NCBI GenBank assembly: GCA_013239625.1
Contig: MU054338.1
Coordinates: 684,001-744,000, forward strand
Length of the DNA: 60,000 nt
Source: Lama guanicoe
Lineage: Eukaryota
Direction: 5' to 3'
In this document: positions 23,201 through 35,699 of the stretch, one piece after another
Layout of the letters: each line of letters begins with the position of its first letter
Position numbering within the stretch: position 1 is the first letter of the stretch
Made by a program: the position numbers and the translations under genes
Notes under the pieces: generated by a model
Databases searched by the model: none
The model's input: only the letters and a program-made list of their open reading frames with translations
Told to the model about the DNA's origin: nothing

Positions 23201-24559
23201 GTTGACCCCTGACCCCAACCCCCTAATCCCAGGGTTGAGGCCCTTGCTGGGAGGGGCCCTGAGAGCTGGGTCGGGGGTGACCCCCGCCCCAGGCACCAAG
23301 GGGAATTTCCGGGTCAGGGTCACAGGGGCTTTGGGGAACACAGCTGCTCCACTGGCCACGTGTCTGGTCACCACCCTGCGGAGGCTCACAGGAGAAACTG
23401 AGGGCAGGCAGAGCCATCAGAAAACCCCAGGCCCTGGGCGGGGAGTTGGATCCTGCCATCTCCAGGCTGGTGACTGGAGGCTAGCAGCTGCTCTCTCTGA
23501 GCCTGGAAACGGGAAGCTCACGGGAAGCCTGGCCAGTCTTGGAAGGCAGCCCACAGCCATGCCGGACATCTGGCTCCTAACGGGATGTGTGCCTCAGTTT
23601 ACCCCTCTGGGGTGGAGGGTGGCTAAGAGGGTGCATGGCCCTGGTGTCCCCTCTGGGAAGGCCCCAGGAGACCCTTGCCTGGAACATGGAGAGGAGCTTT
23701 CTGACCTGACTGCCTTCTCTTGCTCTAGACTCCCCCATAGTCTCCACTGTCTTCAAGACAGCTCTTCCCACCCGGGAAGGGCCACAGAAACAGCAGCCAA
23801 AGCTCTGGCTGCCGAGCTCCCCCTTCCTGGGTTTGAGTCTGTGGGCGTGGGCGAGCCATCTTGCTCTCCAGGCACCCCCCCAGCTGTCAAGGGGGATATT
23901 AACACCAGGACTGCTGTGAGGACAGGAGGAACCACATTAATCAGGCTGAACCCAGGGTGAGGCATACAGCAGGCACTCAATAGATGCAACTCAGGGTGGT
24001 GCTGGACTTCAGCCCTGGCTCTGGTCCTGACCCTGGGCCACTGCAGAGGAGACTTTCACCTCTTTCTGCTTCTACAGAGCCGGCAGGGCTGGCTAAGCAG
24101 GCACTGAGACAATAACCAGATGCCTGTTAAATGCTCAAGGAAGAAAGGGGTGAAGGGGTGAGGAGGAGGGTGTCCCCGCCTCTGGCAGCTGCGGCAACTC
24201 AGCCTTCTGGCTCCTTGGAGGCCACCACTAGAAGCCTTCACTGAAGATGAAATGATTCTCCAGTTGCTGGCTGGGATGCATTCGCACGCTCGGGCGCCCC
24301 TGTGCTCCCCCGCGGCCGTGTGTCTGTTCCACCCTGCCGAGCTGTTCCCCACGATCAATTCCAATTTGGCCTGGTCTCTGCCTCTGCAGCCTGACCCTCC
24401 TTGGGGGCTAGGGTTGGGGAGGGGGAGGTGGTGGCTTCCTCAGCCACCCCCACTAGGTCCTGGGCACCTGCATCTGTTGCTGCCCCTTTCTGGGCCTCAG
24501 TTTCCCCAGAGGAATGGAGCAAGAGGTAGGGCAGGGCAGTCTGGGTCCAGCCCCGTTTC

Positions 24560-24760
24560 ATCCAACCTGATGCATTTCTTGAGTGCCACCTGTGTACCTG
24601 ATCCCATGCTGAGCACTGGGAACATAGTGGGAACAAAAGTAGACAAAACTGCATTGGAGTTAATCAGGGTAAGGGGGCTATTGGGTATTCGGAGTGGAGG
24701 CAGCACGTGCAAAGGCCCTGAGGCAGCAGGAACAGTGTCCTGGAGGAACACAGGGGGGCT
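24560..24760 (-). mobile_element. L2 fragment
   Basis: GCATTTCTTGAGTGCCACCTGTGT...GTGCAAAGGCCCTGAGGCAG. Confidence 0.55.
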
Positions 24761-24839
24761 CGAGAATGGGGGGCAGGGTAAGGAGAGGGGAGCAGAGGGA
24801 ACATGGCCAGACTGGTGACAATATTATTCAGTGTTAATC

Positions 24840-24995
24840 AACAGACAACAAATATTTAGTGCCTGTTATATACCAACCACCTGCTTATTGGCTTTGCCTA
24901 TGGCATCTCTCTGGACCCTCACGACTACCCTATAATTATACCCATTTTACACATGAAGAAACTGAGGTCACAGAGAGGGAAGCTGCTGACTAAGG
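24840..24995 (-). mobile_element. MIR SINE
   Basis: ATTATACCCATTTTACACATGAAGAAACTGAGGTCACAGAGAGG matches the MIR core; shorter GAAACTGAGGC / GCCTCAGTTTC cores also occur near 1350, 4835, 6400, 7830, 8795, 18520, 18965, 19850 and 26540. Confidence 0.7.
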
Positions 24996-25409
24996 TTACT
25001 GGGGGGGGGGGAGTGGCAGAGCTGGGGTTTGGTCCCAGCTCAGCTCTGTCCTAGAGTCCCAGCCAGGATGGTGGTGGGGACCATCCCTTCTTCTGCCGTG
25101 GACCCTTGCCACCCCTCCCATCCCATGATCCTTAGGGACTCCAGGCCTCCCCTCAATTTCTGCAGTGAGGTGGAAGGACACAAATGGGATTCAGAGTCCC
25201 TGGAGTTTAGGTTGAACTCGCCTGCAATTCTGGGTGACCTTGGGGGCACTCCTGTCCTTTTCATGCCTCACTTTCCCCACCTTGGAACAAGAGACTGGGA
25301 GACGCTTCTCTCTCAAACAAAGGAGACTGTGTAAGGGAGGAAGCCCCACCTGACCTGGCTGTGAAGCCCCCTCCCCAGCCCTGCTCAGGCCTGGCCCCAG
25401 CTGTGCACC

Positions 25410-25890
25410 TGGCTTGGGGGGCGATCCCTGCTGTGTGCTCCGCCACCTCGCCCTCCCCCTGGGCCCAAACCGGCTCTGCATCTGGACCCCGCGCCCCCTC
25501 TGGGCCCCGCGCGGCTCCGGGCTCCGGCCGCCGCTAGGTGGAGCGAGGAGGCCGGTGGAGACGCGGCGTGGGCAGACCTGCGCTCGGGAGCTGCGGGTGG
25601 CGCCTGCGACCCCTCGGCGCTCAACAACCCCTGCCCCGCAGGCAGCGGCCCTGAGAGGGAAGCAGCACCGGCGGGCCGGGTGCGTGGGGAGCATGAGGGG
25701 CGGGGGCCAGAGCGCTCGGTGAGGTCCACAACCGCCGGACCTTGACCTCTGACCCATGACCTGGCTGGCCACTCAGATACCGGTGTAGAAGCACGCGTGG
25801 AGTTCAGCCGGTCGGCTCCTGGTGCCTCGGGCTCAGCCTGGCAGCCGGGGACCCTGAGGCTGGATGCCGGTCCGTATGCGGGGGCTGTGG
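25410..25890. promoter_or_regulatory. Small intergenic CpG island with a CTCF-like motif at 25531-25545
   Basis: Local CpG enrichment; CCGCTAGGTGGAGCG resembles the CTCF core CCACCAGGGGGCGC. Confidence 0.5.
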
Positions 25891-25959
25891 GGGTCCTTTT
25901 GAGTTAGGGCTCAGCTGAGACGGGATGGGTCTCTCAGGATCCCCTCCCCACCCACAGGC

Positions 25960-26300
25960 AACGACCTAGTGACGTGGTGGACAGGTGGGCTTCTCTGAGG
26001 AGGTGACATTTCAGCTGAAACCTAGAGGGTGAGGAATACTGGGCAGGCTGAGCATTCCGCACACAGGGGACAGCTTCTCCACTGCCCCAAGGACTGTAGG
26101 CCAGGTGACAGAGGCAGAGTAGGGCCAGCCCCCAGCCCACCAGGCCTCTGGAGGCCATGGGGGGACTTGAGTTCTATTGAGGGCACTGGGGAGCCATGGT
26201 GGGTGAGAGCAGGAGAGTGACCTGACCTGGGTTACTTTCTTTCACAGCTCCCTGAGGCTGCCTGGGGCCAGGCAGGAGTGGAGGCCCAGGGAGGAGGCTG
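25960..26300 (-). mobile_element. L2 fragment
   Basis: GGCTTCTCTGAGGAGGTGACATTTCAGCTGAAACCT...GGGGAGCCATGG...GCAGGAGAGTGAC. Confidence 0.6.
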
Positions 26301-27174
26301 GTTGGGGTCCAGGGTGAGGGCGATCTGGGCAGGGACAGAGCAGGAGGCTCAAGACGCGCGTGGCCTGAGCGGGCTCAGGTTGGAGCCTGCCTCCCAGAGC
26401 CTAGGGCTTGGATCCCACCCCTGACTGGAAACTCAAACTGGCTCCAGTGCTCCCTGCCCCCACCTCTGCCAGCTCTACCTGCCACCTGAGGAGTGACTTC
26501 TGGCTTAATCCTCTTGAGAGACCCATATCCCAGAAAGGGAAACTGAGGCACCAAGGGTTTGGTCACTAACAGTACATCTGGGGCCCCATTTTGTGGAATG
26601 AGCACGTCTGGCTCCCCCCTTGGGGATGACTAGCCCACCTGTGTCCTGGGCCATTGAAAGGCCACATTGCCCCAGAATCCATGCTGTCTGCTGTGAAGAT
26701 GGCTTGAGTGCTCCAGCACCTTTGAGCTGTCTTGCCCTGCCCCTGAACCATACCCCTAGCCACACTGAGAGTCAGGAATCTGGCCCATCCTCAACCCCCA
26801 GACTGGGACACCCGGCCCACCTCTCCTGCTTGCTCCCTCGGCTGGGTTATCTGATTCTTCCTTTGAACAAATGAAGGCCCTGCCTCAGGGCCTTTGCACA
26901 GGCCACTCCTTTCCCATGTGTGCCAACCCTTGGCCAGCCAGGCAAAGAGCTGCCCCTCCAGCTGCCCCCTTAACCAGGCATGCCCTCCCCCACGTGCCTA
27001 CCCCATTCTCACTTTCAGTTCCACAGTACTTATGAAAAATGGGTTGGGCGTGGGACCCACTCCCTCCAGAAAGTCACAGTTGAGTATAGGAGACGCGTGT
27101 GTTTGAAAATGGACTGCCCTGTACCCTGATGGAGTGAACGGCACGTTCTTACCCAGAAGGGCTGGTGATTCTCT

Positions 27175-27560
27175 TATTTTAAATTGAGGTATAATCCACG
27201 TACCACGCAGTCTCCTGTTCGAAGTGCACAGTTCAGTTTTTCAGTACGTTCACAGAGGTGTGCAACCATCACCTCTCTCCAATTTCAGAACATTCCATTA
27301 CCCCAAAAGGTAACCCTGTCCTCATCAGCAGTCACCCCCCAGCCCCTGACAGCCAGGAGCCCCCTCCCTGTCTCTGGGGACTGGCCTGTTCTGGACGCCT
27401 CACATCCACGGACTCACACACTGTGTGTCCTTCTGTGTCTGCTTCTCTCCCTGAGCGTCGTGCTCTCAGGGGCCGTCCACATGGGAGCGGGTGTCAGGGC
27501 TGCTCTCCTGTTCATGGCTGAGTGATGCTCCCGTGTGTGGAGGGACACATGGTTTGGTCC
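27175..27560 (-). mobile_element. L1MB-like 3' end relic, copy B
   Basis: TTGAGGTATAATCCAC...GTGCAACCATCACC...AATTTCAGAACATTCC; core shared with copies A, C, D and E. Confidence 0.8.
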
Positions 27561-28847
27561 TGTCCTTCTCTCCACACTCTCAGGGTCCTGGTGAGATTCA
27601 TGCACAGCATGGCGCGTCGGCAGCCGAATCTGGCCCTCCTCAGGGCGGGCTGGCGCTCCCTGGCTGGGGTTTGCCACCCCTCATCTAGGACTCTGCTCTG
27701 GGCCTGGCCAGCCAACTGCCCCACACGCCTTCCTTCCTGGGGCAACCAGGGCACTTTTCAAAACCCCAAATCAAGGCATGATCCTGCCCTGCCTAGATCC
27801 TGTACCCTGCGCTGCCCTCAGGGTTAATCCAAATTCCGGACCGGTGGTCGAAACCCCCCGCCACCAGGTGATTCTCAGGAAGCCCTGGCCCTGCGAGGAA
27901 GGGGGTGGCTCCTTCCACTGCAGGGAGGGAGAGCTGGGGACGTGGGTCCCCATTTTCTGGGTCAAGAGCAGACTCTGGGGACACGGAGTGAGGCGGGGCC
28001 CCAGAGAGCAAGGTCATAGCTCTGTGAAGTGGTATCAGCTGGACCCTGAGATGTCCAGACCCTGAGGCCCTCCCACCCTGGCTGCTCGGAAGGACGGGCC
28101 CTCGTGGGCAGCTCGGCGTCCCTTTGCTGCTTCCGACAGTGGTGAGGTGGTGGGGGGCTTGTCAGAGACCCTCTGAGACCTGCGGGAACACCATGGCCTA
28201 AGGGGGGTCCCCGGGGCCCCCGGCCGGCCCACTGTCCCTCTGCCCCCACCCTAATGGGATTGGGACATTTGAAGAGAATAGGAAATGAGGCAGCTCCCAC
28301 GTAGAGAATAGAAGAGCGGGCTTCGAGGGGCCTTTGTGCGCTGCGCCGGCAGTGATGAAAGCACCGTGAAATTCTCGGTGTCACCAAGGCCCCGTGACCA
28401 TGACAGGCTCCTTGACTTGAAGAAAAGAAGGGAAAAATCCCAAAACAGTTCCATGTGTGCACATGAGCCTATATGTGAGTGGGTGCAGGGGCAGAGGCCC
28501 AAGGCTCCGGCCCCGAGGTGCCTGCCCCGCAGAGCCCTGCCACCTGTGGCCGCTGACACCAAGCAGGAGGGTCCGAGATACTGGGCAGATGTAGCAGCCG
28601 GGGGTTCTGGATTTTCAACACTGGGCCTGAGTCAGAGGCCATTAGTCACCCAGGGCTGGCAGCCCTGCGGATGGCTCGCAGCTCTCTGCTTACATGCCTC
28701 TGGAGATGGGGACCTCATTACTTTTAAGGCTTCCAGACAAGGCCTCCTTGCCTGCGGCCCCAGGCGAAGCTAGAGTCATGTCTTCCCTGAGGGTGGACTT
28801 CCAAAGTCAGGGAAGAAAGGGACATGGGGCAGGGGGACTGTCGTGGT

Positions 28848-29330
28848 TTTAACAACTTTGTTGAGGTAGTCACACACCTTACAGTACATTCATTTAGAGT
28901 GTAGTATTCATTTGTTTCAGTACACTCACAAGGCTATGTGTGCATCAGCACAGTTGATCCTAGAACATTCTCATGCTCCCCAAAGAAGTCCCGTCCCCAT
29001 CTGCAGTCACCCAGCTCCCCCCCAGCCCCTGACGACCAGGAACGCCCTCCCTGTGTCTGGGGACTGGTCTGTCCTGGACACCTCACATCACGGACTCACA
29101 CACTGTGTGTCCTCCTGTGTCTGCTTCTCTCCCTGAGCGTCGTGCTCTCAGGGCCCGTCCCTGTGGCAGCGAGGGTCAGGGCTGCCCTCCTGTTCATGGC
29201 TGAGCCATGTTCCCACATGTGAGGCGGACACGTTGTGCTTCTCTGTTCAGCGCTGACGGGTAGCTGGGCGGTTTCACCCTTTGCCCGAGCTCGTGAAGGG
29301 AACGCTGTTCGCGAAACCCCTCGCATCCTC
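28848..29330 (-). mobile_element. L1MB-like 3' end relic, copy C (may continue in GC-shifted form to about 29750)
   Basis: AACAACTTTGTTGAGGTAG...CTAGAACATTCTCA; same shared core. Confidence 0.75.
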
Positions 29331-30700
29331 CCTTGCCTTGTGCTTACACCCTCGCGCAAGGTCGAGGCCCACGGAGGCCACAAGCGAAGTGTGAGTCCTC
29401 GCCTGGGCAGGGCCGTCTGCCGCCCCAGGGGGAAGCCTGGTGCAGGCTCAGGGGCGTGGCCGGGCTGCCCAGCCCCGACCCCGAGACTCCGCGGGCCAGA
29501 GGGCTCTAGCCGCACCTAACGTGTTGGCCGCAACTGCGGGCCAGCGCTTGTGCCCAGACGTGCTTTTCGCGTACCAGCAAATGTGCGCATGGTCCTGGCT
29601 TGTGTGGTCCCGCTGATGGGGGTCTCACTGCCGCTGGAGTCAGAGGGCGAGCTGGGCATGTGGAGGGGCGTCCCTGTGTCCACGGCCGCACAGTTTTCAG
29701 TCCGGACGCCCTGGGAGGCAGGGGGTGTGGATCTATGTTTCCCGACGTAGGAAGGGTGGTCCTGGAGAAGTGACTCACAGCTGCTCCCACTGTGGGGAGC
29801 TGTGGCAGAGGACTGGGGGAGGGCAGGGATGGGGGTGCCTGTGGCTCGGTGGATGGCGCGAAGCCCCCTTGTTGGCCAGCTGGGGGTGCAGAGGCAGCTG
29901 GTACGGGCAGGCCTCCCTGGGAGCTGCCCTGCTCTGCCAGGGGCGCCTGAGGACCTGTATCCCCTTGGTCCCCGATAAGAAGGGTTGCCTGAGTCCCTGC
30001 CCTAATGCACCCTGAGTGGATCCATCGCCTTCATTCCCTAAAGGAGATCTCTGAGACAGAGCCGAGACAGAGCCGAGACCATGCGGGATGGAGGCCAGAG
30101 AGGACACAGGAAGGCCAAAGGCCACATGATGGGTGGGAGAAAGAGAGACAGAGACACAGACGCAGGGAGAAGCCAGGGCCGTGGACAATGTTCCTAGACC
30201 AGCAGCCTCGTTCCTGGCCTCCCTGAGCCCACCTCGCCGCCTCCCAGTGCTCCCAACCTTGATCTGTTCTGTGGCCTCAGACGGGTGGCCACCCAACCCC
30301 TCTGAGTCTGGGGTCGAGGGTGAGCAGATGCTGCCAGGTCAGGACCCCCGGGGGCCCGGGGCCACCTCGTATCTGCTCCCAGTATCCCGAAGCTCTGGGG
30401 TGCCCCCCTGTGTGAGCACTTGCTACGTGTAGGGTGTGGCCACAGGGACCCAGGAAAGGGCTCAGACACCTTTGGGCTCTGCCGGGCCTGAGCACTCCAG
30501 GACCCTGAGCAGGGCCACCCGGCTGACTCTGCAGCGGAGAGGGGCCCCTCTTCACTTCAGGTCCCAATATTTCAGACAGGTGAGCCCAAGCACTCCCCTT
30601 GGGGGTGCTCACAGCATCTCTGCAGACCCCACAGGGGCAGGTGAGGGGCCAAGGGCCCTGGTGCAGGAGATAGAGGGGGAGGGCCCACACACTGATGAAC

Positions 30701-30850
30701 TGTAATGGGTGGAATCATGTCCCCGGAAAGATGTGTCCAAGTCCCCACAGCTGGAATGGGACCGTAATTGGAAACTGGGTCCCTGCAGGTGTGATCAGGT
30801 GAAGACGAGGGCATTAGGGTGGGCCGTCCTCCAGTGACTAGTGTCATAAC
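30701..30850 (+). mobile_element. MLT1 (ERVL-MaLR) LTR 5' fragment
   Basis: TGTAATGGGTGGAATCATGTCCCC...TTGGAAACTGGGTCCCTGCAGGTGTGATCAGG...ATTAGGGTGGGCC. Confidence 0.7.
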
Positions 30851-31192
30851 GCACAACACAGGTGCACTCACTGAGCGCCGACTGTGTGCTCTGGGGGGCG
30901 GGGAGCAGCAGCAAAAGAGAAACCTGTCCCCTTGGCCGCAGTTTCCACCTGAGGACATTGGGGTCACTTACTGGCCATAGGTCCAATGAATCTGTATTTG
31001 TAAAGTGCCTGGAACCAGTATGTGGCTTTGTGTCTGAAAATGAAATGAAATTTTTGAAACATAAGAAAATGAAATAAAAAAATGAAGACAGAGCTGGGGC
31101 CTGTCCTCAGGGAGCCTGCAGGCAGTAAGCTCCGAAGAGCTAGCTGTCTGTCTCTTCATCTCTCTGCCTTCATCTCCCTGTGTCTGTCTTGT

Positions 31193-31308
31193 TTGTTTGT
31201 TTTGGTAGGGGGAGGGAATTGTTTATTCTTAGAGGAGGCACTGGGGATTGGACCCAGGACCTTGGGCAGGCTGAGCTTGCCCCTACCACTTGGGTTACGC
31301 CCTCCCCA
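31193..31308 (-). mobile_element. Diverged tRNA-derived SINE (Vic-1-like) with 19-bp TSD
   Basis: CTGGGGATTGGACCCAGGACC core; CTCCCTGTGTCTGTCTTGT at 31174-31192 and 31309-31327. Confidence 0.85.
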
Positions 31309-31334
31309 CTCCCTGTGTCTGTCTTGTGAGCCCT

Positions 31335-31630
31335 GAGGGAAGGAACAGGAGGCCTTCTTTGAGGGGGTGTCACTTGAGCTGAGACCAGAGAGGAGTGGCT
31401 TGATGTGACCTGAGGCAAAAGGCTTGGCAAGTGCAAAGGCCCTGAGGTGGGTGCAGCCTGGTGTGTTTGCAGGTCCTCTGGCAGCTGGTGTGGCTGGAAC
31501 CGGGGTCGCGGGAGAGGCTGGTGCGGGGAGGCCACTGAGGGCTCGGTGAGCTGCAGGGAGGAGTTTAATTTTCTCCATGGGTCTCTGGGGAATCATAGCA
31601 GAGTTTGAAGCCGGGATGGGATATGATCAG
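31335..31630 (-). mobile_element. L2 fragment
   Basis: GAGGCCTTCTTTGAGGGGGTGTCACTTGAGCTGAGACC...AAGTGCAAAGGCCCTGAGGTGG. Confidence 0.6.
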
Positions 31631-33309
31631 ATGGTGGGCCTATCAGGAAGGCCAATCAGGGAGGGCTGCCTGGAGGTGGGGGAAGGAACTCAGGGCAGAA
31701 ATCCTGCCGAAAGTTTGACAGTTCCTTCTCCCGTCCTCTTTTCCATCGAGGAACCGGAAGGTGGGTTCCTGTGCCCGTTGTTGAGGGCCCTGGTGCCCGC
31801 AGCCACTCCGGGTGGGGTGGGCCCCACTAAGCCAGCCGTCCCTTCCCAGCCTTGGCCCTTGTTTCACCCTGAGGGAGCCCCAGGCTCAGTGACGATGGCC
31901 CCTGGTGGGCTGTAGCCACGGGCAGTTCCTTCCTGTCCTGGGCGGGTGTGGGCCGCCTGGTTTGCACACCGACCAGCACGTCCCTGCGTGTGGCACGGTC
32001 GTGGCTCCGCGCAGGGAACTGCCTCTTCCTGGCCCCAGCCTGGCCAGCCCATCACCAGGGCCCACTGGGTCCTGCAGCGTGCAGTGTGCAGACGGGGAAA
32101 TTGAGGCTGGAGCGTCGATCTGATCTTCGCCCGACTGAGTCTCAGGCTGTCCTCCGGGGTGTTCGCTGATTCCCAGGCCCTCCCTGCCCCCTGGAACTTG
32201 CACTTCTGGCACCCTCCCCCAGGATGCTGTTCCCGCTTCAACTTTAGGAAATGCTGGGCAGTGGGATTGAAATTCTCGGGCTGTGCGCTCTGGCAGAGAA
32301 ATTCATATGCATTGTTTAGACCAGATGCCTTTAAACCGCTCCGCAGCAGGGGGGTGGTGGGGAGGGGGGCTGCATTGGGAGGGTCACCCTTTTTTCCTGC
32401 ACAAAGGTCAGCCGCAGACTGTTGCCAAGGCAACGGCTGGCTTAAAGATGGAGGCTGAAGGAGAACAGAGGATTCCCCTCCCCGAGGTGCCTGTGTGAGG
32501 GGCCTGGCTGTGGGCTCTGGGGACAGGGCCCTGGGAAGTTGGAGGCTGGAGCCCAGTGAGTTGGGGAGTGGGGGCCCTGGGAGGAACATGAGGACCTGGG
32601 GGGCAGATCTCAGCCCTGCCTCCGCTGGGTCTGGGGCCTGCTGAGACCCCTGTGAGCCTCAGTGTTCTTGGCTGCAAAATGGGAGCAGCAGGAACCACCT
32701 CCCTCCCCATGCTAGTCCGGTGCTGAGGTGACCTGCAGAGGCCCGGCTCTCAAGCTGAACAGGACAGGGCCTGAGGCTTGGCCGGTGTCCCAGCATCCCG
32801 AGAGCACAGCAAGCCTGTGCAGCGCCCAGGAGGCTGAGCTGGACTGGAGGAGGGGCCTGGGTTCCCCTGCCCGGCTTCCTGAGCCCCAGGCAAGCACCTA
32901 GCAGCCCCGCTGGGCCTGAACCAGGCCTGAGGCTCAGCGCTGCAGACCGAAGGGCAGTGATCCTGATGGAAGGGCCCCTGGGTGGGGTAGGTGGGCCTGA
33001 GACCCTCGGTCAGCAGCCACTTCTGACTCTGGGGTCCTTCGCAGCCAGCGGTGGGGACGTGCGCTGCCCTCGGCTCGGGGACCATGGCCCTGGCTGATAC
33101 TGCTTTTGTGCAGTCACATAAAGCGGCCTTGTCCGCACAGAACTCTCTCCCCAGAGGGAACTTAGAACACAAGTAGGTGCTTCCCCTCCGGCTACGGTCT
33201 TTTCTGACTGTTTTATTAACGGTGACCACACCCGACTTCTGCAACGTAACAAACGGGGTTAGGGAGGTAACCTCTTCACTGAGATGAGCGTCACTCAGAA
33301 TTAACCTTT

Positions 33310-33490
33310 TTATTCTTTTAACCTGAAGCACAGTCAGTTTACACTGCGTCAGGTGTTTCTGGTGCACGGCGTAATGTCTCAGTCACACGTGCACACGCAG
33401 ATACTCGTTTTCATGTTCTCTTTCATTACAGGTTGCTGCAAGACACTGAGTATCTTCCCAGTTCCCTGTGCGGTGCAGTAGAAATGTATT
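33310..33490 (-). mobile_element. Younger (artiodactyl-type) L1 3' end nested in an L1MB relic
   Basis: TGAAGCACAGTCAGTTTACACTG...TTTTCATGTTCTCTTTCATTACAGG...GTTCCCTGTGC, similar to 51770-51905 and 53665-53990; degenerate flanking cagaattaacctttt / caaaattaatcatttt. Confidence 0.65.
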
Positions 33491-33850
33491 GTCAAAATTA
33501 ATCATTTTAAAGTGAACAATTCAGTGGGATTTTTGTACATTCACAAGGCTGTGCAAACGTCACCTCTAGCTAATTCCAGAACATTCCATCACCCCAGATG
33601 AAAACCCCATCCCCATAACAGTCACGCCAGCCCCTGGCAGCCAGGAGCCCCCTCCCTGGGTCTGGGGACTGGCCTGTTCTGGACGCCTCACATCCATGGA
33701 GTCACACGCTGCGTGTCCTTCTGTGTCTGCTTCTCTCCCTGAGCACCGTGCTCTCAGGGTCCATCCACGTGGGAGCGGGTGTCAGGGCTGCTCTCCTGGT
33801 CCCATGTGTGGACATGCAAAGTTAACTTCATGAAAACCTGTGTTCGGACA
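33491..33850 (-). mobile_element. L1MB-like 3' end relic, copy D
   Basis: TTTTAAAGTGAACAATTCAGTGG...CTAATTCCAGAACATTCCATCACCCC; same shared core. Confidence 0.8.
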
Positions 33851-34049
33851 AGCCTCTGTAGGCTGATGGCACCTACCACCTGGGAGGATCGGGGTGCTCC
33901 TGGGGAGTTGGGGGGCCCTAGACAGTGTTCATGGCCACAGGTGCCGGGGTCACCGTCCCAGGCTGTCTCAGGGATGCTGGCCCCACCTGGGGCTCAGGAG
34001 TCAGCAGGTGTTTTGCGGGTAACCCACAGCAGGTTCTCAGGTGTTTACA

Positions 34050-34365
34050 AAGCTCCTGCTCTGTGCCAAGCCTTGCTCTGGGCTCTGGAAAGTCAAGGCT
34101 CCGGAGCCCTCTGAAGGCTCCAGGGGAGGGACTGTTCTGCCTCTTTCAGGTTCTGGGGGCTCCAGGAATTCTGGGGTGTGGCTGCGTCCCTACAGTCCGC
34201 TTCCATCATCACACGGCCAGTGGATTTTGGACCACCCTCATCAGAGATGATCTTATCTTGAAATCCTTAATAGCCTCTGCAAAGGCCCCTTTTCTAAATA
34301 AGTTTGCATTAATGTGGTCCCAAGGTTTATGACACGGACGTATCTTTGGAGGGGGGGTCACCAGA
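34050..34365 (-). mobile_element. MLT1 LTR fragment
   Basis: CCCTCTGAAGGCTCCAGGGGAGG...ATCTTATCTTGAAATCCTTAAT...TCTGCAAAGGCCCCTTTTCTAAATAAG. Confidence 0.7.
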
Positions 34366-34789
34366 CAGAGCCGGGAGAGGCCAGGCAGGCAGCCAGCTCC
34401 TCAGAGGGGGCAACCTGAGGCCAGAGGCTGCTCTCTGGGCTGTCTCTCACTGGCGGGCACAGACTGGGGCTGCCCTCTGAACTCCTAGCTGTTGGGCCAG
34501 ACTCCCAGGTGGCCGGGTGCCCGGCCGTCCTCCCGGCGCTGCTGAGGTGCACGGGACACACTTGGACCTAAGGCTTTCTGCAGCAGTGGTGATGTTTCCA
34601 TGGCCTCTGGGATTCTCCACGAAGCCTGTGTGGACCAGAGAACTCGGGTCGAGGGTCATCTAAGCCACGTTCTAGAGTCAGAGTCAGCCGCCCGCATGGG
34701 TGGGGACATCTGGAGGCCTTGGCCCCCTAGCTGAGCAGCCAGCTCACCCCCATGGACCCGTAGGTCGAGAATCAGCAGGTTCTCCTTTT

Positions 34790-35430
34790 TAAATACTTTA
34801 AAAAATTGTGATAAAATACACATAACATTAAATTCACTGTCTTAACTGTTTGTAAGTGCACAGCTCCGTGGCATTAAGCACATTCACATTGTTGTGCAAC
34901 CATTCCCACCACCATCTCCAGGACTTTCTCATCTTCCCAAACTGAAGCTCTGTCCCCATGAAACACCCACTTCCCAGCCCCAGCCCCACCATCTACTCTC
35001 TGTCTCTGTGGATGTGACTCCTCCAGGGACCTCCTGTGAGTGGAATCAGACAGTGTGTGTCCTTCTGGGTCTGGTTCTCTCCCTGAGCATTGTGTTCTGA
35101 AGGTTCATCCACGCTGGAGCAGGTGCCAGAATCTCCATCCTTTTTAAAGCTGAATCGTATTCCACCGTGTAGATGGGCACATTTGTTTACCCATCACCTG
35201 TCGATGGACACCTGGGGTGTTTCCATCTCCTGGCTGCTATGAATCGCGCTGCTGTGAACCAGGTGTGAAAATGTCTCTTTCAGAGCCTGATTTCCTTCTT
35301 AGGGGTACACACCCAACAGTGATCCAGAACGGGGACTGCTGCGTCCCACGGTGAGTCTAGGGTAATTTTTGAGGACCGCCATCAGCTTTGCGCAGCGGCG
35401 TCACACTGTACCAGCTGTGCAGTGGCGTGG
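34790..35430 (-). mobile_element. L1MB-like 3' end relic, copy F
   Basis: TTGTGATAAAATACACATAACATTAAATTCAC...GTGGCATTAAGCACATTCACATTGTTGTGCAACC...GGACACCTGGGGTGTTTCC. Confidence 0.85.
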
Positions 35431-35699
35431 GCCAGCCTGGCTGCCCTGGCATTGGGGAAGAGACCCTATGTTTGGTCACTGAGCCTTTACCTGCTATTTT
35501 TACCAAAAATGCAGACGCGGGCCACCATTGTCTGCAGAAGAGCCCGTTCGCAGAGACACCTGCATGAGGCTCCCTGTTGGGCGGAGTCGGAAGCAGGTTT
35601 TTGGAAGGTGTCCCCCAATGCTGCAGCCACTCAGCGTCCCCTGGCCCTGGCCTGGTGGCCCTCCTGTGCTGTGTACCCACAGCCGTGTGCAGTGACTGG

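Noticed and set aside
33255..33266. GGGGTTAGGG telomere-like motif
   Set aside because: Single unit, expected by chance
27330..33800. Dispersed near-identical repeats considered as a CRISPR-like or regular array
   Set aside because: Eukaryotic locus, irregular kilobase spacing, and the repeats lie inside L1 3' ends
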